Part shown: in pieces, positions 7,748-16,240 of the stretch
Numbering within the stretch: position 1 is the first letter of the stretch
Layout: each line of letters opens with the position of its first letter
From: Clostridia bacterium
GTDB taxonomy: Bacteria; Bacillota; Clostridia; Christensenellales; Aristaeellaceae
Reading direction: 5' to 3'
Assembly: GCA_030526225.1 (NCBI GenBank)
Contig: JAUNDF010000025.1
Location: 1 to 28,200 of the forward strand
DNA: 28,200 nt
The notes under the pieces: model-generated
Told to the model about the DNA's origin: nothing
Seen by the model: only the letters and a program-made list of their open reading frames with translations
Database searches by the model: none
Made by a program: the position numbers and the translations under genes

Positions 7748-10282
7748 TTACCGCTTTGTTTTCGGAAACTTTTCGTGGAAGATTTCCTTTTCCGCATACA
7801 TGATGGCCTCTGCCTGATGCACCAGAGAATCCACCGTGCCGTTGCTGCCAAAGGCGGCACCGATGCAGGCCAGGGGCTGTTCATCCTGACCCAGCCGGTC
7901 CTGCAGTGCTTTCACGCGGGCATTGAAGGTGGTTTCCTCCACGTTCTCCATCATGCAGATGAATTCATTGCCGCTGATGCGGTAGATTTCATTGAGCCGG
8001 AAGATGCCGGCCAGCAGCTGGGCATACTGGATGAGCAGCTTGTCGCCGGCCTCGTGGCCGAAGTTGTCATTGGCGTACTTCAGCCCGTTCAGGTCGCCAA
8101 AAATCACGCCGCTGGTACCGTCGGTGACCTTCAGCTGTTCCGTCCGCTGCCGGAAGGCGCGGCGGTTGTTCAGGCCCGTCAGGTCATCATGCATGGCATA
8201 GTGGCTGACCAGCTGCCCTTCGTGGGCGATGCGTTCCACCCTGTCGGTCTGCAGCATCACATAAATCAGCACCATGGACAGGGTCATGGAGGGATAGGCG
8301 AAGGAGAATTCCTCCACAAACATGTTCAGCACTGCCGCCAGCACAGGGATGAGCATGTACACATACAGCACAATCTGGTCATAGCGGGTGTGGAGCTTGC
8401 GCTGCACAAAAATCACGCCGATGCCGAAGGCCATCATGCCCACGTTGGCCGCCACATACACATCGTACAGGGGACCGGCGGCATACACGCCGTTTGTAAT
8501 CGTGTACAGGCTGCCGTTGAGGCTGGTTATCACCGTAACCACCATGGAAAGCACCACATAGCCCCAGGCCATGTACATGGGCGCATGGGAAATTTTGCCC
8601 CGTTCACCGGCAAAGGCCGTTAAATAGGAAGCAAAGGCGCCGATGACCGCAAAGGACAGCAGCATGGCCACAAGGCTGGTGCCCCAGATGATGGGCGTCA
8701 GACGCACACAGCCATCCAGCAGCCAGGAGGCGGCATCCGCCAGGTTGCCCGCCAGATTGATGCCCACCATGGCCGTAAACCATCGGGTCCGCTTGCTCTG
8801 CTCGCTGCTGACGAACACGTTGGCCACAATCAGCAAGATGCAGATGATGCCGGCCATGATTTCCGTGCCGATGATGGCAAAGATGAACGGGTCATGCTGC
8901 TCATACACCCGATCAATGACGGCGGTGGATTTGATGGGCATCTCCACCAGCTGCACGGTTTCATAACCGGTCTGTGCCGTATCGGAGGTATGGAACACCT
9001 CGCCGTCGGGATTGACCGCGATGGAAATGCCGTCATAGGTGGGCTTCAGGATGGCCATGCCGCTCTCAATGGCGGCGGCGCGGCACAGATGGCTGTGCAG
9101 CTCCGTAATGGCGGCCCAGTCCCAGGAGGGCAGGAAGAGGATATCCGTATCCTGCTCCACCTTTTTTACATAGGAAGGGAAATTGCTGTCGTAGCAAATG
9201 AGGTACGAAATCTTGACCTTTCTGCCGCGGATATCCAGCGTGTGCGAGGGGATGGTACCGTCACCCGGCTCATAGTCCGATTCAAGGATGGGCAGCAGGT
9301 TGGATTTCTGATAGCTGCCCAGCACCTGACCATCCGCGCCGATAAACACCAGCTTGTTTTCACCCTTGCCCTGATGGCTGCCGTCGGTGTCCTTCACATC
9401 AAGGCCCACCAGCATGGCCATCCGGTTTTCATCGGCCAAGGCCGCACACTGAGCCACAAAGGCGCTCTCCTGCACATCAGCCAGCTCAAAGGCTTCCTCG
9501 CAGAACACCAGCATATCCGCCTGTTCCGCAGCCGCCGCTTCGGCGGAGCGCTTCAGGCTCGCCTCGTTTTCCGCATACCCCGGCGACTGATAGTGCATAA
9601 AATCGCCGCCGTAGGGTCCGGTGGTGTACGCCACGCGGATGGTTTCCGCACCGGTGATGTTGGGCATCAGGTTGATGATGCCCGGGAGCATCAGCAGGCA
9701 GAACAGGGTGATGCACACAACGCCCCACCGCAGCTGCTTTTTCCACACGGCATAGCGCACCAGCGAGACCATCCACAGGATGGCGAAGGACAGGCCGAAG
9801 GAGCCAATCAGCCGCTCGGACTGAATCAGCACCCGCATGTCGGTAAACATCATATCCACCCGGACCAGCGCCGGGAAGCGAATCACCGTGGCCAGCACAT
9901 ACAGCATCATCCACACCGTCGGGAAAATCAGCGTGCTCCAGAAGCTGCGCCACTTGTTCATCAGCCACGAGGACAGCAGCATCACCCCGTAGATCGCCGC
10001 GCCAAACACGGTAAACACCGCAAGGTTCACCCCAAAGGCCGACCCGAACACGCCCAGATAATTCAGGTTAAAGCCCAGCACAAACGCCGCCCCGGTCACC
10101 GCCAGACTGATTTTGTCCCGCCGGCGGCAGGTCAGCGTCAGGTAAGCGTACATCCACCCGAAGGTGCACAGGCTGTCCGCCCATTCCATCGCCAGCAGCC
10201 GCGGCAGCAGCTGGCACACAAAGCCCGCCAACAGCAGCAGCCCGTCCAGCGCCTTGCTTCTGTCCTTTTTCTCTATCACCAT
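7748..10282 (-). CDS. Multidomain membrane protein: Lnt-like TM region with CN-hydrolase domain, second polytopic TM region, and degenerate GGDEF domain (SGNEF)
   Basis: 844-aa ORF with a GGAGGT RBS. The CN-hydrolase triad context is FCEEAF (Glu), SYQKSNLLP (Lys) and YLICYDSNFP (Cys), preceded by about 6 TM helices as in apolipoprotein N-acyltransferase. About 6-7 further TM helices follow. The C-terminus has DDLTGLNNRRAF...GDLNGLKYANDNFGHEAGDKLL...RISGNEF, a GGDEF fold with SGNEF in place of GG(D/E)EF. Confidence 0.8.
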   Translation of the reverse strand: MVIEKKDRSKALDGLLLLAGFVCQLLPRLLAMEWADSLCTFGWMYAYLTLTCRRRDKISLAVTGAAFVLGFNLNYLGVFGSAFGVNLAVFTVFGAAIYGVMLLSSWLMNKWRSFWSTLIFPTVWMMLYVLATVIRFPALVRVDMMFTDMRVLIQSERLIGSFGLSFAILWMVSLVRYAVWKKQLRWGVVCITLFCLLMLPGIINLMPNITGAETIRVAYTTGPYGGDFMHYQSPGYAENEASLKRSAEAAAAEQADMLVFCEEAFELADVQESAFVAQCAALADENRMAMLVGLDVKDTDGSHQGKGENKLVFIGADGQVLGSYQKSNLLPILESDYEPGDGTIPSHTLDIRGRKVKISYLICYDSNFPSYVKKVEQDTDILFLPSWDWAAITELHSHLCRAAAIESGMAILKPTYDGISIAVNPDGEVFHTSDTAQTGYETVQLVEMPIKSTAVIDRVYEQHDPFIFAIIGTEIMAGIICILLIVANVFVSSEQSKRTRWFTAMVGINLAGNLADAASWLLDGCVRLTPIIWGTSLVAMLLSFAVIGAFASYLTAFAGERGKISHAPMYMAWGYVVLSMVVTVITSLNGSLYTITNGVYAAGPLYDVYVAANVGMMAFGIGVIFVQRKLHTRYDQIVLYVYMLIPVLAAVLNMFVEEFSFAYPSMTLSMVLIYVMLQTDRVERIAHEGQLVSHYAMHDDLTGLNNRRAFRQRTEQLKVTDGTSGVIFGDLNGLKYANDNFGHEAGDKLLIQYAQLLAGIFRLNEIYRISGNEFICMMENVEETTFNARVKALQDRLGQDEQPLACIGAAFGSNGTVDSLVHQAEAIMYAEKEIFHEKFPKTKR

Positions 10283-10418
10283 ACCGGTACCTCCGTAATT
10301 TCAAATGGAGACCCCTCATCTATGTGCTTCAGTTCTTCTGCTTCGTATGTTATCAGTGATGTCAGTCAAAGGATATTGTAGCACGAAAACGGGGATGGTT
10401 CAAGGGCGGGATACTTAC

Positions 10419-10448
10419 GAGCACGACGGGCAGCCTTCAGGCCGTACT
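10419..10448. repeat. Direct repeat copy 1: 30-bp perfect duplicate of the rpsI 3' coding sequence
   Basis: GAGCACGACGGGCAGCCTTCAGGCCGTACT is identical to 19164-19193, which encodes [11 protein letters not shown] of S9 on the minus strand. The flanks of this copy are unrelated to rpsI. Confidence 0.9.
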
Positions 10449-10616
10449 CTGTCAAAAAATGCAGGCGGCTGAATGGAAATGCATAAGTTTACAAAACGAG
10501 AAAGGAGAAGGCGTGAGGGGGATTTCGGTGTGAGTTGTTGCGATTCGGACTCTGTAGTTGATTAAGCAAATCAGGAGGAAAAAGCAATGGAACGCACCTA
10601 TAACGAGATTGTCTAT

Positions 10617-10772
10617 CAATAACCCAGCAATGATTTGCTGCTCTGCCGAGTAACGCTTTAGAAGCCCGTTTTTGACTTGGATGATATATCTGTCGTCCGG
10701 TTCAGGAATGGGTTTCTCTTGTGTCCTGAACACCGCTATTTTGCTGGGTTTTGCAATTTCTAAAGCGTTACT
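10617..10772. repeat. AT-rich IR-bounded element, copy A
   Basis: A perfect 15-bp inverted repeat AGTAACGCTTTAGAA (10649-10663) / TTCTAAAGCGTTACT (10758-10772) bounds the element. A second interleaved pair is AACCCAGCAA (10621-10630) / TTGCTGGGTT (10741-10750). The inner hairpin is GTTCAGGA (10700-10707) / TCCTGAAC (10724-10731). It shares TAACCCAGCAA and a roughly 35-nt block (10666-10700) with copy B at 18075-18197. Confidence 0.7.
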
Positions 10773-10861
10773 GAAGATGTTATTTCAATGTTAAGGAGGT
10801 GTATTTTCGCATTTTAGATAAAAATGCTTCGTTAAACGGCACATTTCGTTAAAAATCCCCC

Positions 10862-11605
10862 TCACCTGTGCGCCTTCATGCGGGCTTCCCGCTCGGCCAT
10901 GTATTTTTCAAAGCCCTCAAAGGTGAGGTTGACGATTAGCTCTGGAGGAAAGCCGATTTCGTCCAGCATTTCCAACGCCCGGGGGACCCTGCCGATGTTA
11001 GCTGCATAGTGGGCATCGCTGTCCACGCAGACGCGCACATCATACCGCATGCACAGCTGAGCAATCTTCCGGCAGGTGGTGTCGCAGCCGGGGCGGGCGG
11101 TAAAGGAGTTGTTGTTGATTTCAATCAGCCTGCCATGCTGTGCCGCCGCTTTGACCAGGCGTTCCTCCTATACGGGATAGGCAGGGATGCCGGGGTGGCC
11201 AATCAGGTCCACGCAGTCATGGGCCATGGCGCGGATGTATGCCTCGGTGTGGGCTTCACGGCTGATGAAGGGCATGATGTTCCTGTGCATGCTGGCAATG
11301 CCGAAGCGGAACAGCGGAAAGGCGGTTTCGGGGTAATCATCCAGATGGCCTTCCGTATCCCAAAGGTTGAACTCCATCCCCGGGTATACGCGGATGCCTT
11401 CGATGGATTCGGGCAGCTGAACAAAGGACCAGGGTGCCCAAATGGTCCCGCTTCCCTTCATGCGGGGGCCGTGGTCCGTCATGCAGATGGCCTTCATGCC
11501 GGATTTCGCAGCAGCGGCACAGTTTTCCTGCAGGGTAGACCAGGCATGGCCTGACATCACCGTGTGGGTATGGGCATCAACCTGAATTTTCGCATGCTTT
11601 AACAT
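10862..11605 (-). CDS. YcdX-like PHP-family phosphoesterase with one in-frame TAG at 11168-11170 (pseudogene under code 11, or recoded)
   Basis: The N-terminal ORF (MLKHAKIQVDAHTHTVMSGHAWS...GHPGIPAYPV) and the C-terminal part (EERLVKAAAQHGRLIEINNNSF...DSDAHYAANIG...) are in the same frame. A single TAG separates them. Together they make 247 codons, colinear with the roughly 245-aa YcdX. The final stop is TGA. Confidence 0.8.
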
Positions 11606-11689
11606 AGGAAGTCCCGACCTTTCTCTTGCAGGAACACAATGTGGAAAATGCATTGTGTTCCGTTTTTTTCTTGTTTTTTCACAAACGGT

Positions 11690-11719
11690 ATTGACAAATC
11701 ATGGAATTGGTTGTACTAT
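11690..11719 (+). promoter_or_regulatory. SigA-type promoter of the frl operon
   Basis: TTGACA (11690-11695), an 18-nt spacer, then TACTAT (11714-11719). It lies about 90 nt upstream of the frlB start. Confidence 0.6.
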
Positions 11720-11732
11720 CCCGTCATGAGAT

Positions 11733-11752
11733 GTCATATAACATTATATGAC
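11733..11752. promoter_or_regulatory. Candidate GntR/HutC-type (FrlR) operator
   Basis: A perfect palindrome GTCATATA-ACAT-TATATGAC sits immediately downstream of the -10. Extra GTCAT/ATGAC half-sites occur within 11723-11765 (GATGTCAT ... ATGACATC). Confidence 0.5.
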
Positions 11753-11808
11753 GAGAGATGACATCTTGCAAGCGCATTTTTCGGATTAAGAGAAGGAGGA
11801 TTTCCAAC

Positions 11809-12900
11809 ATGAATCTGGACCAGGTAAAGGAACTGAATGCATCCATCGAGGCCGTGAAGGGGCGCGAGATTGACAACATCTATTTTGTTGCCTGCGGCGG
11901 CTCCAAGGCCATCTTCGACCCCGCACAGTACATCTTCGACCGTGAATCCGCCATCCCCACCTTTGTGTTCAACGCCAATGAGTTCATCCACCGCTGCCCC
12001 AAGGGCCTGGGCGAGAAGAGCCTGGTGGTGACCTGCTCCCACTCCGGCAACACCCTGGAAACCACCCGCGCCACCCAGCTGGCCAACGACAAGGGTGCCC
12101 TGACCATCAGCTTCTCCTTCCAGAAGGATTCTCCCCTGTGGAACGCCACCCAGAACCCCATCTCCTACACCTGGGGCCCCGAATCCGACCCCGGCGACAG
12201 CAACAACCCTATGCTGTACCGGCTGGTGTTCGGCATCCTGAATGTGCTCCAGCCCAACGAGAAGTATGAGCGCGCCATCAAGTGCTGCGACAATGTGGGC
12301 GCTGTGTTTGCCGCCAACAAGGCCCTGTTCGCCGAGCGTGCGGAAGCCTTCGGCGCCAAGTACAAGAACGAGAAGCTCATCTACACCATGTCCTCCGGCC
12401 CCTGCTACGGTGTGGCTTACTCCTTTGCCATCTGCCTGCTGCAGGAGATGCAGTGGATTCATTCCGAGCCCATCCATACCGGTGAGTTCTTCCATGGCCC
12501 CTTCGAGGTGACCGATGCCGATGTTCCCTTCATCGTGCTGAAGAACTACGGTGCCGACTGCGATGACAATGTGAAGGCCAACTGGATTACCGAGTACGGT
12601 GCCGATTATCACCGTCCCCTGGTGGCCCTCGACAGCGCCGTGGGTGAATATGCCGACAGCATGAACGGCGAAACCCGCGTGCTGGATGTGCGTGCCGAAG
12701 CCTTCATCAAGCGCTTCTCTGACAAGGTCATCACCATCGACTGCAACGAATTCGACATGAACGGCATCGATGAAGACCTGCGCGGCTACTTCGCTGTGCT
12801 GGTTGCCGGTGTGGTGCTGCGCAGCTATGCCGATACCATCGCCTACCATCGCGGCCATCCTCTGTCCGTCCGCCGCTACATGTGGTGCATGGAATACTGA
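11809..12900 (+). CDS. frlB: SIS-domain fructoselysine-6-phosphate deglycase-like protein
   Basis: The start MNLDQVKELN has an AAGGAGG RBS. IYFVACGGS, HTGEFFHGPFEVTDADVPF and the C-terminal RRYMWCMEY parallel E. coli FrlB as I recall it (IYFVACGS, ESGEFRHGPLEIVEPGVPF, RRYYGGLVEY). Stop is TGA. Confidence 0.8.
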   Translation: MNLDQVKELNASIEAVKGREIDNIYFVACGGSKAIFDPAQYIFDRESAIPTFVFNANEFIHRCPKGLGEKSLVVTCSHSGNTLETTRATQLANDKGALTISFSFQKDSPLWNATQNPISYTWGPESDPGDSNNPMLYRLVFGILNVLQPNEKYERAIKCCDNVGAVFAANKALFAERAEAFGAKYKNEKLIYTMSSGPCYGVAYSFAICLLQEMQWIHSEPIHTGEFFHGPFEVTDADVPFIVLKNYGADCDDNVKANWITEYGADYHRPLVALDSAVGEYADSMNGETRVLDVRAEAFIKRFSDKVITIDCNEFDMNGIDEDLRGYFAVLVAGVVLRSYADTIAYHRGHPLSVRRYMWCMEY

Positions 12901-12981
12901 TGAACGCAGCAATGCCGGCATCAGTCCGGTGCCGGCATTGACAATTTCTTCCATAATACTTATTCTCGGGAGGGAATCCAT

Positions 12982-14238
12982 ATGAAAAAGTTTGTCGCGC
13001 TGCTGCTGGCCATGACCTTCGTCTTCACGCTGGCAGCCTCTGTCGCCCTGGCAGACCAGACCACCGTGCACTTCTTCCACCGCTGGCCCAACGAGCCCAA
13101 GCATAGCTACCTCAATGCGCTGGTGGAGAAGTTTGAGGCCGAAAACCCCGACATCGATGTGGTTGTGGACTGCGTGCTCAACGATTCCTACAAGGAAAAG
13201 ATCCGCGTTCAGGTGTCTTCCGATAACCTGCCCGATATTTTCTTCACCTGGTCCGGTGCCTTCGGCGAAAACCTGACCAAGTCCGGCCGCGTGCTGGCCC
13301 TGGATGATGTCATCGCTGCCGACCCCGAGTGGGCAGCCAAGGTTGTGGAGAGCCAGTGGGGCCCCTTCAACTATGACGGCAAGCAGTACGGTGCTCCCTG
13401 GTCCATGGATGGCAAGGCATTCTTCTACAATGTGGATGTATTCAACGAGCTGGGCCTGACCGTCCCCACCACCATGGAAGAGCTGTACGCCGTGTGCGAA
13501 ACCCTGATGGAAAACGGCTATGACGAGCCCATCTCCGTGGGCTTCTCCATGGCATGGTCCGTGTCCCACTACATGGGCACCCTGTGCCAGCGTGTAGTTG
13601 ACCCCGAGGTGCTGGCAAAGGACTATGCCGGCGAGGGCGATTTCACCGACCCCGGCTATATCGATGCCCTGAATGTGTTCAAGACCCTGGGCAAGTACAT
13701 GACCGCCGACCCCTGCTCCATCGATCATGAGTTTGCCCGCAACGCCTTCATTGCCGGCATTTCCCCCATCTGCTACATGCAGCTGGCCGAGCTGTCCTAT
13801 GCCAAAGAGGCAGAATTCGAACTCGGTTTCTTCAACTTCCCCGCCGTGGAGGGCGGCAAGGGCGACCCCGGCCAGCTCACCGGCGCGCCTCAGGGCTTTA
13901 TGATTTCCGCCCTGGCAGAGCCCGAGGTGCAGGAGGCTGCCATCAAGCTGATGAAGTACATCATCTCCCAGCCCTCCGGCTATGACCTGATTGCCCAGAC
14001 CGGCGAAATCTCCTGCGTCTACGGCGCATGGGACGAAACCAACTGCACCCCCAAGCAGCTGGAGGCCATTGACCTGATTCTGTCCGCTACCGATTCCACC
14101 CAGTGGCAGGATTGCGCCACGGATGCCGCCATTGCCAACGCCTTCATGTCCGGCGGTCAGCTGCTGCTCACCGGCGACATGACTGCCGAAGAAGTGATGG
14201 CTTCCGTTCAGGCTGCCGCTGCAGGGCTGAAGAAGTAA
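12982..14238 (+). CDS. frlO: CUT1-family extracellular solute-binding protein (Amadori-product/fructosamine binding, FrlO-like)
   Basis: 418-aa ORF with a GGGAGGG RBS and signal peptide MKKFVALLLAMTFVFTLAASVALA/DQ. Its position between frlB and two MalF/MalG-type permeases matches B. subtilis frlBONMD. Confidence 0.75.
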   Translation: MKKFVALLLAMTFVFTLAASVALADQTTVHFFHRWPNEPKHSYLNALVEKFEAENPDIDVVVDCVLNDSYKEKIRVQVSSDNLPDIFFTWSGAFGENLTKSGRVLALDDVIAADPEWAAKVVESQWGPFNYDGKQYGAPWSMDGKAFFYNVDVFNELGLTVPTTMEELYAVCETLMENGYDEPISVGFSMAWSVSHYMGTLCQRVVDPEVLAKDYAGEGDFTDPGYIDALNVFKTLGKYMTADPCSIDHEFARNAFIAGISPICYMQLAELSYAKEAEFELGFFNFPAVEGGKGDPGQLTGAPQGFMISALAEPEVQEAAIKLMKYIISQPSGYDLIAQTGEISCVYGAWDETNCTPKQLEAIDLILSATDSTQWQDCATDAAIANAFMSGGQLLLTGDMTAEEVMASVQAAAAGLKK

Positions 14239-14442
14239 GGTTCATTCATCGCTATTCACTGCCGGCGTCCTTGCTGTATGGCCGGGGCGCCGGCTTCCGC
14301 TTCATTCATAATGACAGGATGATTTATTTTTGCATTGTATCCAATTTTTCAAATGGGTGGTCATGGGTTGTCTCTCAGGTGAGGGCGGAGTCCCCTGAAA
14401 GGCAACCCGTCGTAAGCCGAATCAGATGATGGAGGTGATTGT

Positions 14443-15336
14443 ATGCAGACAAAGCGAGCCGGAATGCGCTGGTTTACCCCCTATCTGTATGTGCTTCCCT
14501 GTGTTTTGCTGCTGGGCATTTTTGTTTACATCCCGGTTGTGAGCAATTTCTACTACTCCACGCTCAACTTCAGTGCCTTTTCCCCCACGAAAACATTTGT
14601 CGGTCTGGAGAACTACAAGACATTGCTGACAGACCCCGTTGTCCGCACCGCGCTGATGAACAATATTTGGTACTGCATCATTTCTGTGGTGTGTCAGGTG
14701 GGCTTGTCCCTGTGCATCGCCGCTGTGCTGGAGGATAAGCTGCTGCGCAGAGTCAGCACGGTACTTCGCACCGTTTACTTCATGCCGACGCTGATTTCCG
14801 TCACGGTCATCGCGCTGCTGTTTTCCTTTGTCTACCATCCCAAAATCGGCCTGATTAATCAGGGGCTGAAGGCCATCGGTCTCAAATCCCTGACCCACGC
14901 CTGGACAGGCAGCACGGATTCCGCCATTTTCTCCGTCATCGCCATGAGCCAGTGGCATGCCATGGGCTACACCATGATGCTGTTCATCGTGGCTATTCAG
15001 GGCATCCCCCAGGATCTGTACGAGGCAGCTGAAATCGACGGTGCCGGCCGGCTTCGCCGCTTTATCCATGTGACCCTGCCGCAGGTGCGTGAGACGGCCT
15101 TCGTGACCATGGTCACCACCGTGACCGGTGCCTTCCTGGCATTTAACGATGTGTATATTCTCACCGGCGGCGGCCCCGGCGATTCCTCCACCACCCTGGC
15201 CGTGTATATGTACAAGAACGGCTTCGCGCTGGATAAGATGGGCTACGCTTCCGTCATCGCCGTGGTCATGTTCGTCATCTGCATGCTTCTGGCACTGGTT
15301 CAGAAGGTCATCTTCCGTACAGGAAAGGGGGATTAA
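14443..15336 (+). CDS. frlN: CUT1 ABC permease (MalF-like)
   Basis: 297-aa ORF with a GGAGGTG RBS. It is polytopic and has the EAA loop LYEAAEIDGAGRLRRFIHVTLPQV. Confidence 0.8.
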   Translation: MQTKRAGMRWFTPYLYVLPCVLLLGIFVYIPVVSNFYYSTLNFSAFSPTKTFVGLENYKTLLTDPVVRTALMNNIWYCIISVVCQVGLSLCIAAVLEDKLLRRVSTVLRTVYFMPTLISVTVIALLFSFVYHPKIGLINQGLKAIGLKSLTHAWTGSTDSAIFSVIAMSQWHAMGYTMMLFIVAIQGIPQDLYEAAEIDGAGRLRRFIHVTLPQVRETAFVTMVTTVTGAFLAFNDVYILTGGGPGDSSTTLAVYMYKNGFALDKMGYASVIAVVMFVICMLLALVQKVIFRTGKGD

Positions 15337-15339
15337 GCC

Positions 15340-16206
15340 ATGTCTGCCGCAAATGTCAGAAAAGCAAGAAACCGCATTGCCAGCGAAAAGATGACCCCCT
15401 TGATGGCTCTGATTATCTTTGCCCTGGTCATCTACTTCGTCATCATCGCCTATCCCCTGATTTGGATGCTCTTCAACTCCCTGAAGACCTACAAGGAAAT
15501 CTACAAGGACATCTGGGCCCTGCCCTCTGTCCCCCAATGGCAAAACTTCACCGATGCCTGGGAGCACGGCATCTCCAACTACTTCCTCAACTCCCTGCTG
15601 GTAACCGGCTCCACGGTGATTGGCGCCATCCTGTTTGCCGCCCTTGCCGCCTACGCGCTGGCACGGTTCCGCTTCCGGGGAAGCCAAATCATTTTCGCCA
15701 TGATCATGGGCGGCATGATGCTCTCCCCCCAGGTGACGCTGATTCCCCTGTACAAGATCATTCAGACCCTGAACATTCACAATACCTTCTGGGCGCTGAT
15801 TATCCCCTATATCGCCTACCGCATCCCGCTGATTGTGATGCTCGTGCGCTCCCACTTCCTGACCATCCCCAAGGAAATGGAAGAATCCGCCATTCTTGAC
15901 GGCTGCTCCAGCTTCGGCGTGTTCACCCGCATTTTCCTGCCCATGAGCAAGCCGATTCTGCTCACCGCCACCATCCTTGTGGCCTACTATGCATGGAACG
16001 AGTTCATGTACGCGCTGATTTTCATCGACAGCGACAAGCTGCGCACCATCCCGGTGGGCCTGATGAATCTGCGTGACGCGCTGCTGACCAACTGGGGCGT
16101 GCTGCTGGCCGGCATGACCATTTCCGCCCTGCCGCTGATTATCCTGTTCCTGCTGATGCAGAAGCAGTTTATCCGGGGCATGACCGCCGGTGCCGTAAAG
16201 GGCTGA
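15340..16206 (+). CDS. frlM: CUT1 ABC permease (MalG-like)
   Basis: 288-aa ORF starting 4 nt after the frlN stop. It has the EAA loop EESAILDGCSSFGVFTRIFLPMSKP. Confidence 0.8.
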   Translation: MSAANVRKARNRIASEKMTPLMALIIFALVIYFVIIAYPLIWMLFNSLKTYKEIYKDIWALPSVPQWQNFTDAWEHGISNYFLNSLLVTGSTVIGAILFAALAAYALARFRFRGSQIIFAMIMGGMMLSPQVTLIPLYKIIQTLNIHNTFWALIIPYIAYRIPLIVMLVRSHFLTIPKEMEESAILDGCSSFGVFTRIFLPMSKPILLTATILVAYYAWNEFMYALIFIDSDKLRTIPVGLMNLRDALLTNWGVLLAGMTISALPLIILFLLMQKQFIRGMTAGAVKG

Positions 16207-16240
16207 CCGCGAATTGTTAACAGATGAGGAGGAATCACCA

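Noticed and set aside
10587-10622. 11-codon ORF (MERTYNEIVYQ) with a perfect AGGAGG RBS, considered as a leader peptide.
   Set aside because: No plus-strand gene lies downstream for it to regulate, because the next gene is on the minus strand. It is too short to evaluate. I mention it only as part of the element A finding.
10452-10733. 93-aa minus-strand ORF across element A. The corresponding frame in element B shows weak peptide similarity (DDRYIIQVKNG versus DEEYIIPIKNS).
   Set aside because: There is no RBS or start in copy B, and stops interrupt the frame there. The sequence is hydrophobic and low-complexity downstream, and I recognise no family. A decayed gene fragment cannot be excluded, but it is not supportable as a CDS.
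11150-11190. Reinitiation model for the PHP gene. The stop context TAGGAGGAA creates an AGGAGG followed 5 nt later by CTG, which could start a separate C-terminal ORF.
   Set aside because: CTG is a very rare start codon. The two halves form one colinear PHP fold and neither is viable alone. The same single-TAG pattern recurs in two unrelated genes that lack such a context.
11734-13728. 664-aa minus-strand ORF overlapping frlB and frlO. Similar long antisense ORFs occur at 129-1163, 1446-3116, 2935-4434, 4845-5945, 6060-7175, 7592-8623, 8894-10381, 14422-16272, 16253-17053, 16947-17870, 19986-21173, 21222-21995, 22086-24035, 24252-25412, 26215-26895 and 27286-28149.
   Set aside because: These are shadow ORFs typical of high-GC DNA. 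Their composition is low-complexity (Gly/His/Ala/Gln/Arg/Asp-rich) and they lack RBSs. Each lies opposite a gene with clear family motifs and proper translation signals.
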